The notes under the pieces were generated by a model that worked only from the letters and a program-made list of their open reading frames with translations, ran no database searches and was not told the origin of the DNA. From Candidatus Eiseniibacteriota bacterium (GTDB taxonomy: Bacteria; Eisenbacteria; RBG-16-71-46): a DNA stretch of 22,808 bases. The translations under genes were made by a program, and so were the position numbers. The stretch is from NCBI GenBank assembly GCA_031366795.1, contig JANLOX010000029.1:1-22808 (forward strand). The letters are read 5' to 3'. This document shows positions 1-8,492 of this stretch, piece by piece. Each line of letters opens with the position of its first letter. Within the stretch, counting starts at the first letter, position 1.

Positions 1-837
1 TTGGCCCCATTCCTGGAGGAAGTACGGATAGCAGCGCGTGTCCGCCAAGATTCGCTCGACGGCGCCAACGGTGATTTCAGCGCCCTCGGCCTCGATGGGC
101 TTGGTGATGGCGCGCACCGCCGCGTCAGCGCTGAGTGGGCCGATCTCGGGAAACTCGAACAGGCGCTCGGCGTAGGACTTCGCGTCACCCATGCGCCCGC
201 GCAACTGAGGCAGGCCAGCACCCACGAGCAGCACCGGCACTTGGCGCTGGGCGCAGCGGTGCATCGCGGTGATGAGGGCGGCCAGCTGGGGCTCGGGCAC
301 GTACTGGAGTTCGTCGACGAAGATTACCAATGCCGTGCCGGCCGCCTTGGCCGCCGCGCCGGCGCTCTCCAGCAGCTGCTGCAGGTCGTGCTCCAGGTCG
401 CCGTTGTCGGCTAGGCCAGGCTCGCCTTCGTAGTCCAGGCCGACCTCGATGTCGCCGTAGGTGACCTTCAGTGCCTTGGCGAAGCCCGCCAGGGCGCGCA
501 GGCCCCGCACGGCCAAGTCCTTGGCATGCGCCAGCTTGCTCAGGCGCAGCAACGCCACGCGCAACTGCGGCGCCAGCAGGGCGGGCAGCGAGCGATCCTC
601 GGGGGCTTCGATACGGATGGTGTGCACGCCTGAGGCTTCCGCGTCGTCGCGCATGCGGTCCAGCAGCACCGTCTTGCCGACGCCGCGCAAGCCGACCATC
701 AGCACGCTGCGCGCGGACTTCCCGGCTCGCGTGCGCTCGACAGCGATGCGAACTGTTTCTCTCAGTTCGTCGCGACCAGCGAGTTCCGGCGGCGGGGAAC
801 CGGCGCCCGGGGCAAACGGGTTTCTGACTGCGTCCAT
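1..837 (-). CDS. P-loop ATP-binding protein (AAA_16/archaeal-ATPase-like family), 3' end runs off the window
   Basis: Translated by hand from ATG at 837 (absent from the ORF track because no stop is in the window): MDAVRNPFAPGAGSPPPELAGRDE..., Walker A GLRGVGKT, Walker B LVIFVDELQY, later KSYAERLF and YPYFLQEWG. Open for 279 codons to position 1. Confidence 0.88.
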   Translation of the reverse strand, partial: MDAVRNPFAPGAGSPPPELAGRDELRETVRIAVERTRAGKSARSVLMVGLRGVGKTVLLDRMRDDAEASGVHTIRIEAPEDRSLPALLAPQLRVALLRLSKLAHAKDLAVRGLRALAGFAKALKVTYGDIEVGLDYEGEPGLADNGDLEHDLQQLLESAGAAAKAAGTALVIFVDELQYVPEPQLAALITAMHRCAQRQVPVLLVGAGLPQLRGRMGDAKSYAERLFEFPEIGPLSADAAVRAITKPIEAEGAEITVGAVERILADTRCYPYFLQEWGQ

Positions 838-1310
838 GCACCGAGTGTAGAGATCTTAGGTAAGTTATGCAAGATACATAAACTCTCAAACGTTCCTATA
901 CTTGGGTGTGGCATGGCGCATGGGCCATAGGCAAGTGGTCGCGCAGCCGCAGGCTTGGTCTCGCAACCCTTTCCCATACACCCATCACAAGACCGCATCG
1001 GACTTCTCCAAAGCGGACTCAGTTGGGAGACCGGTTGTGGCCGTGACTGTGAGTTCGAGGCGCAGTCTGGCAGCCGCCCGTCAAGTTAGGGGGGTGTCGC
1101 ACAACAGCGCTGCCGGCAGTCAGCTTCATGTCGCCGCCTCGAACTCACACTGTCGGCCAAGAGCCGTCCTTGAAGATACATCGGTAGAGCGGTCGGTCGA
1201 CGCGGCCCGGCCGGCCGTACCCGCGATGCAAGAGATGCGATGGGGCCGACAGGAGCAGCATTGCCATGAAGGACTTCCATTGTTGAACCATGCAGCGATC
1301 GCCCCCTTCG

Positions 1311-1377
1311 ATGGATCCTTCGATCCACATCGCGATCGTCAACGTGGCCGCTGGTATCGATCCTTGGATCCATATCG
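1311..1377. repeat. Two imperfect 22-bp direct repeats, 45 bp apart, in the eCIS leader; candidate regulatory sites
   Basis: 1311-1332 ATGGATCCTTCGATCCACATCG vs 1356-1377 ATCGATCCTTGGATCCATATCG (19/22 identical). GATC occurs at 1297, 1314, 1322, 1334, 1359 and 1367. Confidence 0.6.
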
Positions 1378-1449
1378 ACAAGCCGTTCTATCCAGACCGT
1401 TTTTTGTCCCTCGAGACGCATAGCCCGCCGGCGAGGCAGATGAGACAAA

Positions 1450-4017
1450 GTGACAACCCATTTGGGTTTAAACGAGGCTCATCGTTTGTCATCGATCAAA
1501 GTCCTGGTCGCGGCCACGTCCCCCGACATCAAAGCCGCAGGAATCGCGGCCGCAGTGGCGGCCCGCAGCGACATGACGCTTGCGGAGAGCCGCGTCGTGA
1601 TGGTGGCGGAGATCGCCGCGCTGCTCGAGCCGAACTCGCCGTCCGGACCCCGCGCCCTGGTGCTCGTTGGCCCCCAAGTCCACACCGAAGAGCCGGCGGA
1701 CTGCTGGCTGGCCGCGCGGCCCGACTTTGTCGTCGTGCGCGTGGATGCTCCGATCGGCGACGTCGTGCGATTTGCCCTGCAGAACCTCGGCCTGTCCGAG
1801 TTGCTGTCCGAAATTCGCGCGCTCGTCGACCGCGCCGCCGCTGAACCGCAGGAGCGGGTGGCGCATTTTCAGCTGCGAGCCGTCTCTACGCTCGGCGGGC
1901 GAGGCGCCGAAGACACCTCTGTGGGGCGCACCGCGTTGAACGCGGCGATGGAATGGATCCATGTGGTGCTGCGCAGCGCCGTGTCGAAGCTGGCCGCAGG
2001 CAACGGTGACCTGCCCGGCCTGACGCTGAGCGCGGCGACGGTCGCCGATTTCCTCGACGCCAAGCCTGCACGCGCCGCGGCGGACATGGCCGCCGATGTC
2101 AAGACCGCCGACGCCGAACTGTCGCGGGTGCTGGCGGCCAACGATGCGCAGTTCGAGTCGCTGGTTCGCGCGGCCCGCGTGTTCCGCTTGAGCGCCATGG
2201 AAGTTCGCCTGCTTCTACTGGCCCTGGCGCCGGAGTTGGACTTTCGCTATCAGCGCTGCATGGGGCTGTTGCTCGACGACATGGGCCGGCGCGTTGGCAC
2301 GATCGGTCTCTGCGCCACGCTGCTGGGCGAGCCGTCGCAGGTCCGTCACGAGTTGGCGCAGAGCGGAAACCTCGAGCGGTGGCGCGTGCTGGACGGCCAC
2401 CCCGGCATCCTCCCGCCCGCCGACGAGCCACTGCGGCTGGATCCTTCCATCGTGGGGTGGCTGTTCGGCAATGACAGCTCGCTGCGCTACGACCGGCACG
2501 CCCGCCGCGCCATGCGGCTTGCGGCTTGGCCGGGTCGCTCGCTGCTGGACGGACATGCGGAGCGCGCACACGCGGCGGAGCTGGTGGATCGGCTTCGAGG
2601 CGAGGGCGAGGTGCAATGGCTGGTGCTCGGCAGCGCCGATTCCGCGGGCTGGCGAGCGCTGCTCGAGCTCGGTGCCGAGGCGAGACAGGCAGGACTCGTC
2701 CGCGTCGACGCCGCACGCCTCGCTGGCATCGAGGTCGATGAGTCCGAGGAGTGCGGAGTGCGACTGGGCCGGATGGCCCGTCTGACCGAGAGCGCACTCG
2801 TCATCGATGCGACCAGCCTGGACGGTTCCGCTCAAGAAGATGACGCCCTCCGCGTCTTCCTTGCCGCAGTCGCGCGGACCGAGGTTCGCGCCGCGGTCAT
2901 CTCCAACGACGAGGCCCGGGTCGTTCGCCTGCTCGGTTCGATGCCCTACGAGGTTAAACGGACGGCCTTGGACCGTGCTGCACGCATTGCGACGGTGCGC
3001 GCCGCCGCAGCTGGTGCGGACGCCTACTTCACCGAGGCGGCGGCGGATGCGGTCGCGACCCAGTATTCGTTGGGCGTCAACGGCCTAGAGCAGGCGATGC
3101 GGCTGGCGCGCGGCCGGCCACTCGCCCATGGCATCGACGACCCTCGTGCCACGCGCTTCATGGCAGCGTGCAAGGACGTCGCGGCCGAAGGCATCTCCAG
3201 CGTCGCTGAACGCATCGAGCCGATCTTCGGCATCGACGACGTGGTTCTTCCGCCGGACCGCAAGGACCAGTTGATCGAGATCGTGGACAGCATCCGCCTC
3301 GCGCCGAAGGTGCTCGATGGCTGGAAGTTCCGCGAGCAGCTGCCGTACGGCCGCGGTGTCACCGCGCTTTTCCACGGCCCGAGCGGCACCGGCAAGACGA
3401 TGGCGGCGATGGCGGTGGCGAAGAAGCTGGGCGTGCAAATTCTCCGGCTCGATCTGTCGCGCGTCGTCAGCAAGTACATCGGCGACACCGAGAAGAACAT
3501 CGACCGCGTCTTCGTCGATGCACAGCGCTCGGGTTCTGCGATCCTGATCGACGAGGCGGATGCGCTGTTCGGCAAGCGCAGCGAGGTCAAGGACGCCCAC
3601 GATCGCTACGCCAACATCGAGGTCGCGTTCCTGCTGCAGCGCATGGAGGCCTACGAGGGGTTGGCGATTCTCACGACCAACCTACGGCAGAACCTGGATC
3701 CGGCCTTCCTCAGGCGGCTGCGCTTCATCGTCGATTTCCCGCGGCCCGACACCGATGCGCGCGAGAAGATCTGGCGCCGCTGCCTGCCAGAGGAATCGCA
3801 TGCGCTCAACGACGCCGCCTTCCGGCAACTGGCGCGGCGCATCGACCTGACCGGTGGGCACATTCGTCAGATCACGCTGCGCGCGGCCTTCATTGCGGCC
3901 GCGTCCGACACACCCATCGGCATCGAACACATCGCCCATGCCTGCCGCGCCGAACTGGCGAAGCTCGGCATGCCGCCGATGGAGATCGAGCCCGCCGAGC
4001 GAAGGAATGCAGCGTGA
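1450..4017 (+). CDS. eCIS AAA+ ATPase (Afp15/Pvc15-like), 855 aa, with N-terminal extension
   Basis: C-terminal AAA module: Walker A GPSGTGKT, Walker B ILIDEADALFGKR, DRYANIEVAFLLQRME, AILTTN, AFLRRLRF. Family-typical FRLSAMEVRLLLLALAPELD..Y segment. First ATPase module appears degenerate. GTG start is uncertain. Confidence 0.92.
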   Translation: MTTHLGLNEAHRLSSIKVLVAATSPDIKAAGIAAAVAARSDMTLAESRVVMVAEIAALLEPNSPSGPRALVLVGPQVHTEEPADCWLAARPDFVVVRVDAPIGDVVRFALQNLGLSELLSEIRALVDRAAAEPQERVAHFQLRAVSTLGGRGAEDTSVGRTALNAAMEWIHVVLRSAVSKLAAGNGDLPGLTLSAATVADFLDAKPARAAADMAADVKTADAELSRVLAANDAQFESLVRAARVFRLSAMEVRLLLLALAPELDFRYQRCMGLLLDDMGRRVGTIGLCATLLGEPSQVRHELAQSGNLERWRVLDGHPGILPPADEPLRLDPSIVGWLFGNDSSLRYDRHARRAMRLAAWPGRSLLDGHAERAHAAELVDRLRGEGEVQWLVLGSADSAGWRALLELGAEARQAGLVRVDAARLAGIEVDESEECGVRLGRMARLTESALVIDATSLDGSAQEDDALRVFLAAVARTEVRAAVISNDEARVVRLLGSMPYEVKRTALDRAARIATVRAAAAGADAYFTEAAADAVATQYSLGVNGLEQAMRLARGRPLAHGIDDPRATRFMAACKDVAAEGISSVAERIEPIFGIDDVVLPPDRKDQLIEIVDSIRLAPKVLDGWKFREQLPYGRGVTALFHGPSGTGKTMAAMAVAKKLGVQILRLDLSRVVSKYIGDTEKNIDRVFVDAQRSGSAILIDEADALFGKRSEVKDAHDRYANIEVAFLLQRMEAYEGLAILTTNLRQNLDPAFLRRLRFIVDFPRPDTDAREKIWRRCLPEESHALNDAAFRQLARRIDLTGGHIRQITLRAAFIAAASDTPIGIEHIAHACRAELAKLGMPPMEIEPAERRNAA

Positions 4018-4598
4018 ACGGCAGAGCGCTACTTCATGTGACGAACGCGTTGCGCGCGCGCTTGAAATCGGCGCTCGACGCGTCGCGCGTGCCGGGAACG
4101 GTGTTCGTCGGGTCGCTCGGCGACGCCGACGCCAATGGTGCCGCGCTGATCCTGTTTCTCTATCGGGTCGAGCCGCACGCATCCCTGCGCAACGACGAGC
4201 ACCGTGTGGCATCGGGGACTGCCGCGTCCCCCGTCGACGTGTTCCGCAATTCGCTGCCGCTGAACCTCTATTTCCTCGTCACGGTGGGAACGCTGCCGGG
4301 CTCGAGCGAGGAAACATTGCTGGGCGCGCTCGGTTTCGCGATGCAGGCCTTGCAGGCCGATCCCGAGTTGACCGGGGCGTCGCTAGACCACGAGGCGGTG
4401 CATCTGTCGCTCGAGTCGCTGGGCACCGAAGAGCTCAGCCGGATCTGGGCTCTGTTTCCCACGGCCAACTACCGCACGTCGATCGTGTACCTCGCGTCGC
4501 CGGTGTGGATCGATCCGCTGTTGCCGTTGGCCGCATCGAAGCCGGTGACGGAGGACTCGCTGTTCGCCGGTGCCAAGGTCGCGGAGACGACGCCATGA
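4014..4598 (+). CDS. DUF4255/Pvc16-like tail terminator (cap) protein, 194 aa
   Basis: Motifs LILFLYRVEPHASLRN, LPLNLYFLVT, EELSRIWALF..YRTSIVY typical of DUF4255. GTGA overlap with the ATPase stop. Confidence 0.88.
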   Translation: MNGRALLHVTNALRARLKSALDASRVPGTVFVGSLGDADANGAALILFLYRVEPHASLRNDEHRVASGTAASPVDVFRNSLPLNLYFLVTVGTLPGSSEETLLGALGFAMQALQADPELTGASLDHEAVHLSLESLGTEELSRIWALFPTANYRTSIVYLASPVWIDPLLPLAASKPVTEDSLFAGAKVAETTP

Positions 4599-5263
4599 GC
4601 CGGCCGTTCGACATCCATCTGCCGCTCGAGCTGGCCTATCGGCGCAGCGTGCTGTTTGCGATCGAGGTTCTCGACGCGGTGACGCTCGGCAGGGTGAGCC
4701 AGGGGGTCAAGGTCACGGCCACGGGCCTGAAAGGCCTTCCAATCGTCAATGCCGGTGGCCTCTTCGTATGGCTTCGCGAGGATTCGACAGCACTGCAGAA
4801 GGTCTCGATCGATCCCGGCGTGCTGCCCCTGGAGAGCGTCGAGCTCTCGGCGGCCGACGTGCAGATGCCGCTGTCGATCGTCGAGTTGGCGCCGCGCAGC
4901 GACTATCCCTTCCCGTCGGGGATCGCCGGCATTCGCTCGTCCCTCGTCGAACATCGCGTGACGCCGCCGGCGCGTCCCCAGCCCGTGCCGAACGCCGAAG
5001 TACGGCTCACCTGGCTGGACGACGACGGTGTGACGTGGCACGACTCGCCCACAAGGTCGCACACGAGTGCGCGCGGTGATTTCGCAGCGATCCTGAGGTT
5101 TGCCCGGGCCGACGTCCCAAGCCTGGATACCCACGGCGCCCTGAGCGTTCGCCTTCGCATGATCCGCGACGGGCAGACCGAGCTCGGGACCGCCGCTTTT
5201 GCGCTTCCGCAAGGCCGCGTCGCGGACGGGCCGACCTATGCGTGGGACGAACTGCAGCCCTGA
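4595..5263 (+). CDS. Hypothetical eCIS protein, 222 aa, beta-rich; possible cap-associated protein
   Basis: True start is most likely ATG 4595 (MSRPFDIHLPLE), overlapping the DUF4255 stop with GGAG upstream, not 3854 as in the ORF track. Segments IEVLDAVT..VSQGV.V, L.PRSDYPFP.G and PVPNAEVRL resemble Ig/carboxypeptidase-regulatory-like strands. Confidence 0.7.
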   Translation: MSRPFDIHLPLELAYRRSVLFAIEVLDAVTLGRVSQGVKVTATGLKGLPIVNAGGLFVWLREDSTALQKVSIDPGVLPLESVELSAADVQMPLSIVELAPRSDYPFPSGIAGIRSSLVEHRVTPPARPQPVPNAEVRLTWLDDDGVTWHDSPTRSHTSARGDFAAILRFARADVPSLDTHGALSVRLRMIRDGQTELGTAAFALPQGRVADGPTYAWDELQP

Positions 5264-5285
5264 GTCCGCACAAGGAGACCGACCC

Positions 5286-6458
5286 ATGACCACCTACACG
5301 CGACTGCCCACCGGACACACACCTTCTCCGCAAAACGCGCCGCGCGGCGACGGCGAACACTGTGATCCCGGCACTCCTGCCACCCCGGCCGATCAGCCCA
5401 AGGACCCGGGGTGCGACTGCGCCGACTACCCGGTGAGCAAGCCACCGGTGCTCAAGGAACCCGACAAATGCGAGGAGTCCGATTGCAACTGTCCCAAGCC
5501 GCCGACCTCGACGATCAGCTGCCTTGACAAGTTGATTGCCCAGCAGGCCAAGGAGATCAGCGAGGCTGACCGCGCCAAGCTGTTCAAGGCAGATCTGGAA
5601 GCGCTACTGGTGAAGACCAAGGCCGCGACCATCGACTACACACAAGACAAATACAACAAGCTCGTCAACGATTGGGTACGGCTCGACGCCCTGATCGCCG
5701 AGTTGATCCGCAAGCTGGTCTGCGCGGTGCCGTGCTGGAAGTGCCTCATCGAGTGCTACGTCTGCCCGCTGCTCTACGAGATCCGCTACCGCGAGCAATT
5801 GCTCTACGGCGACGGCACGCAGTACAGCACGGTGGGCTCGCTCTACGACCAGCGCTACTGGCACGACCGCAACCGCGACATGAAGAGGCGCGCATTGGAC
5901 CGCATCAAGGCGGTGCTGGCGGCCTGGGAGAAGCCCGCCCAGACGATCGAGAAGACGCTGACGGACAACGAGAAACTGATCGCCGATGCGGGCAAGCTGC
6001 TCGCGACGAACGCAACGAGCGCCGTCTACGACGTCTTCCTGCGCCTGGTCCCGCTGCATCTGGCCATCGCACCGCCGGCGAGTTTGGGCAAGGTCACCAG
6101 GATCTCGAGCGAATACACCGAGATTTGCGAGTGCGACGAAGGCTATCCGGACGACTGCTGCGGACCCGACTTGGGCGTCACGACCCTGCGCCAGCGCCTC
6201 ATCGGCCCGCAGCCGTACCTCATCCTTCCGGGCGACTACTACAAGGTCATCTGCTGCATCACCGAGAAGCGCTACCTGCCCGCCAAGGACGCCTGGTCGG
6301 CCGCCGAGTCGATGTTCGAGAGCGTCGACGCCCAGATCAAGACCTACCAGAAGGACATCGACGACAAGCTGAACGCGCTCGAGAAGAGCGTCAAGGCCGC
6401 GCTGCCCCCGGACTGCAAGATCTTGGAAACGCCGCAGCAAGACCCCACGGCCAGCTGA
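5286..6458 (+). CDS. Cysteine-rich, largely helical hypothetical protein, 390 aa
   Basis: AAGGAG at 5272-5277 before ATG 5286; strongly biased codon usage; 19 Cys in clusters (CDC, CNC, CAVPCWKCLIECYVC, CEC, CC, CC); Pro-rich N-terminus; Lys/Asp/Glu-rich helical stretches. Confidence 0.85.
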   Translation: MTTYTRLPTGHTPSPQNAPRGDGEHCDPGTPATPADQPKDPGCDCADYPVSKPPVLKEPDKCEESDCNCPKPPTSTISCLDKLIAQQAKEISEADRAKLFKADLEALLVKTKAATIDYTQDKYNKLVNDWVRLDALIAELIRKLVCAVPCWKCLIECYVCPLLYEIRYREQLLYGDGTQYSTVGSLYDQRYWHDRNRDMKRRALDRIKAVLAAWEKPAQTIEKTLTDNEKLIADAGKLLATNATSAVYDVFLRLVPLHLAIAPPASLGKVTRISSEYTEICECDEGYPDDCCGPDLGVTTLRQRLIGPQPYLILPGDYYKVICCITEKRYLPAKDAWSAAESMFESVDAQIKTYQKDIDDKLNALEKSVKAALPPDCKILETPQQDPTAS

Positions 6459-6479
6459 ACCTAAAACGGGAGAACCGCG

Positions 6480-8024
6480 ATGCCCGAATACCTCCACCCA
6501 GGCGTTTACATCGAAGAGATCGAGCGCGGACCGAAGCCGATCGAGGGCGTGCCGACGAGCACCGCTGCGTTCGTCGGCGAGACTGAGCGGGGCAGCATCA
6601 AGCCGACCCTGGTCACCAGCTACAAGGACTACCAGCGCTATTTCGGGGGCGTGTTCGGCGACCACAAGTACATGCCCTACGCCGTCAACGGCTTCTTTGA
6701 AAACGGCGGCAAGCGCATGTTCGTGTGCCGCGTGGTCGACCAGGGCGCCGCCAAGGCGAGCGTCGCGTTCGGCAATTTCACGGTCGAGGCCGTCGGCCCC
6801 GGCCTGTGGGGCAATCGTGTTTACGCGCAGATCGACGACAGCAAGACGAAGAAACCGGACGGGGCCGGCGGTGCCGTCGCCGTCGGCTTCCGCCTGCGGC
6901 TCGCGTACTACGCGTCGACCCCCACGCAGGATCCGAAGGCATGGTTCGACGATCCGACCAAACCCCCGCGTCCCGCGTTCTCGGAGACTTTCGAGGACCT
7001 CGTGGTCGACGAGAACTCCCCCGACTACTTCGACAAGCGGCTGCGCGACAGCTCGTCGCTCGCGACGCTGGTGCGCGGCGCCGGCGCTGCCGCCGGCGAG
7101 CTGCCGGCCCGGGAGTTTCACCCGCTCGCGAGCGGAGACGACGGAACCGTTCCGCTGGACAGCGCGGACTTTGTCGGCGTGAAGGATGCGCAACGGGCGG
7201 ATTTCCAGGGGCTCGCGGCGCTGCGGCTCGATCCCTACCGCGAGGTCTCTCTGGTCTACGCGCCTGGCGTGGAGTTCGACATCGCGCGCGAGGTGGTGAC
7301 GCATTGCGAGTTGCTCAGGTACCGCTTCGCGGTGGTCGACGCCGCGAAGACAACGGTGGTTTCCACCTTCGAGCCGCGCAATGAGGTCACCGACACCAAG
7401 TACGCGGCGCTGTACTACCCGTGGATCTGGATCTCGGACCCGCAGACCGGTGCCCGCAAGCTGATGCCGCCGGGCGGCCACGTGCTCGGGATTTACGGGC
7501 GAACCGATTCGGAGCGCGGGGTGTTCAAGGCACCCGCCAACGAGATCGTGCGCGGCGCGCTGGAGCTGCAGGTCGACACCGACGACAACACGCAGGACTC
7601 GCTCAACCCGAAGGGAATCAATGCGATCCGCGAGTTTCCCGGGCGCGGCATCCGCGTCTGGGGCGCGCGTACGCTCAGCTCCGACGGCCTGTGGAAGTAC
7701 GTGAGCGTGCGCCGGCTGTTCATCTTCCTCGAGCGCTCGATCTACGAGGGCACGCAGTGGGTGGTGTTCGAGCCCAACGACGACCGGCTGTGGGCCCGCG
7801 TGGTCGACACGATCCGGCTCTTCCTGCGCGGCCAGTGGCGGCTCAGCGCGCTCTTCGGTCGCACCGAGCAGGAAGCGTTCTTCATCACCTGCGACCGAAC
7901 CACGATGACCCAGGACGACATTCTCAACGGCCGGCTGATCTGCGAGATCGGCATCGCGCCGGTGAGGCCGGCCGAGTTCGTCGTGTTCCGCATCTTCCAG
8001 AACACCGCTGAAGCGCAGCGATAG
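6480..8024 (+). CDS. Contractile tail sheath protein (Afp2/3/4-like), 514 aa
   Basis: N-terminal MPEYLHPGVYIEE..G.KPIEGVPTS, AALYYPWI, RGVFKAPANE, GIRVWGARTL, WKYVSVRR, WVVFEPND, IGIAPVRPAEFVVFRI. GGAG upstream. Confidence 0.97.
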   Translation: MPEYLHPGVYIEEIERGPKPIEGVPTSTAAFVGETERGSIKPTLVTSYKDYQRYFGGVFGDHKYMPYAVNGFFENGGKRMFVCRVVDQGAAKASVAFGNFTVEAVGPGLWGNRVYAQIDDSKTKKPDGAGGAVAVGFRLRLAYYASTPTQDPKAWFDDPTKPPRPAFSETFEDLVVDENSPDYFDKRLRDSSSLATLVRGAGAAAGELPAREFHPLASGDDGTVPLDSADFVGVKDAQRADFQGLAALRLDPYREVSLVYAPGVEFDIAREVVTHCELLRYRFAVVDAAKTTVVSTFEPRNEVTDTKYAALYYPWIWISDPQTGARKLMPPGGHVLGIYGRTDSERGVFKAPANEIVRGALELQVDTDDNTQDSLNPKGINAIREFPGRGIRVWGARTLSSDGLWKYVSVRRLFIFLERSIYEGTQWVVFEPNDDRLWARVVDTIRLFLRGQWRLSALFGRTEQEAFFITCDRTTMTQDDILNGRLICEIGIAPVRPAEFVVFRIFQNTAEAQR

Positions 8025-8033
8025 GAGTGAGCC

Positions 8034-8477
8034 ATGGCACGCAACGATCCCCTGCGCAATTTCCGTTACCGGCTCGAAATCGACAGCATCGCTCAAGCCG
8101 GATTCAGCGAAGTCACGATCGCCGAGACCACCATCGACGCGATCGACTACCGCGACGGCAACGACCCGCCGCACGTCCGCAAACTCTCGGGCATCACCAA
8201 GTACGGAAACATCACGCTCAAGTGGGGCCTGAGCATCGGCGCGAATGCGCTCGACCTCATCAAGTGGCACTCCGACATTTCCGCCGGCCATGTGCTGGAA
8301 AAACGCAAGAGCGTCGCCATCGTCGTGCAGGACGAGGCGGGTGTCGACAAGGCACGCTTCGTCGTCACCGACGCCTGGCCGATCAAGTACACCCCGAGCG
8401 GCCTCAACGCCAAGGGCAGCGAAGTGATCATCGAATCGCTCGAGCTGGCCAACGAAGGCATCGAACGAGTGATGTAG
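8034..8477 (+). CDS. Tail tube protein (T4 gp19-like, Afp1-like), 147 aa
   Basis: RNDPLRNFRYRLEID, IDYRDG, RKLSG.TKYGNITLKWG, AWPIKY...LNA..SEVIIESLELANEG. AGGAG upstream; directly follows the sheath. Confidence 0.95.
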   Translation: MARNDPLRNFRYRLEIDSIAQAGFSEVTIAETTIDAIDYRDGNDPPHVRKLSGITKYGNITLKWGLSIGANALDLIKWHSDISAGHVLEKRKSVAIVVQDEAGVDKARFVVTDAWPIKYTPSGLNAKGSEVIIESLELANEGIERVM

Positions 8478-8492
8478 CAAGGAGAACACGCC

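Noticed and set aside
1..889. Track ORFs 1..414 (+), 461..850 (+), 471..827 (+) and 185..889 (-)
   Set aside because: They are shadows or alternative frames of the minus-strand ATPase starting at 837, which has clear Walker motifs.
909..923. Sigma54-like TGGCATGGCGCATGG
   Set aside because: The -24 element fits but the -12 position reads GG instead of the near-invariant GC, and it is over 500 bp from the first eCIS gene.
1297..1377. CRISPR array or oriC-like element at the GATC repeats
   Set aside because: Only two imperfect copies with a 23-bp gap, no cas genes, and no AT-rich unwinding element or evident DnaA boxes.
902..1448. Small ORFs in the leader (902..1423 +, 1086..1448 -, 1145..1381 -)
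   Set aside because: No recognisable motifs, weak codon bias and mutual overlaps; none can be supported.
3854..4594. 5' extension of track ORF 3854..5263
   Set aside because: It overlaps the ATPase and DUF4255 genes and is Arg-rich shadow sequence; the coupled ATG at 4595 is the credible start.
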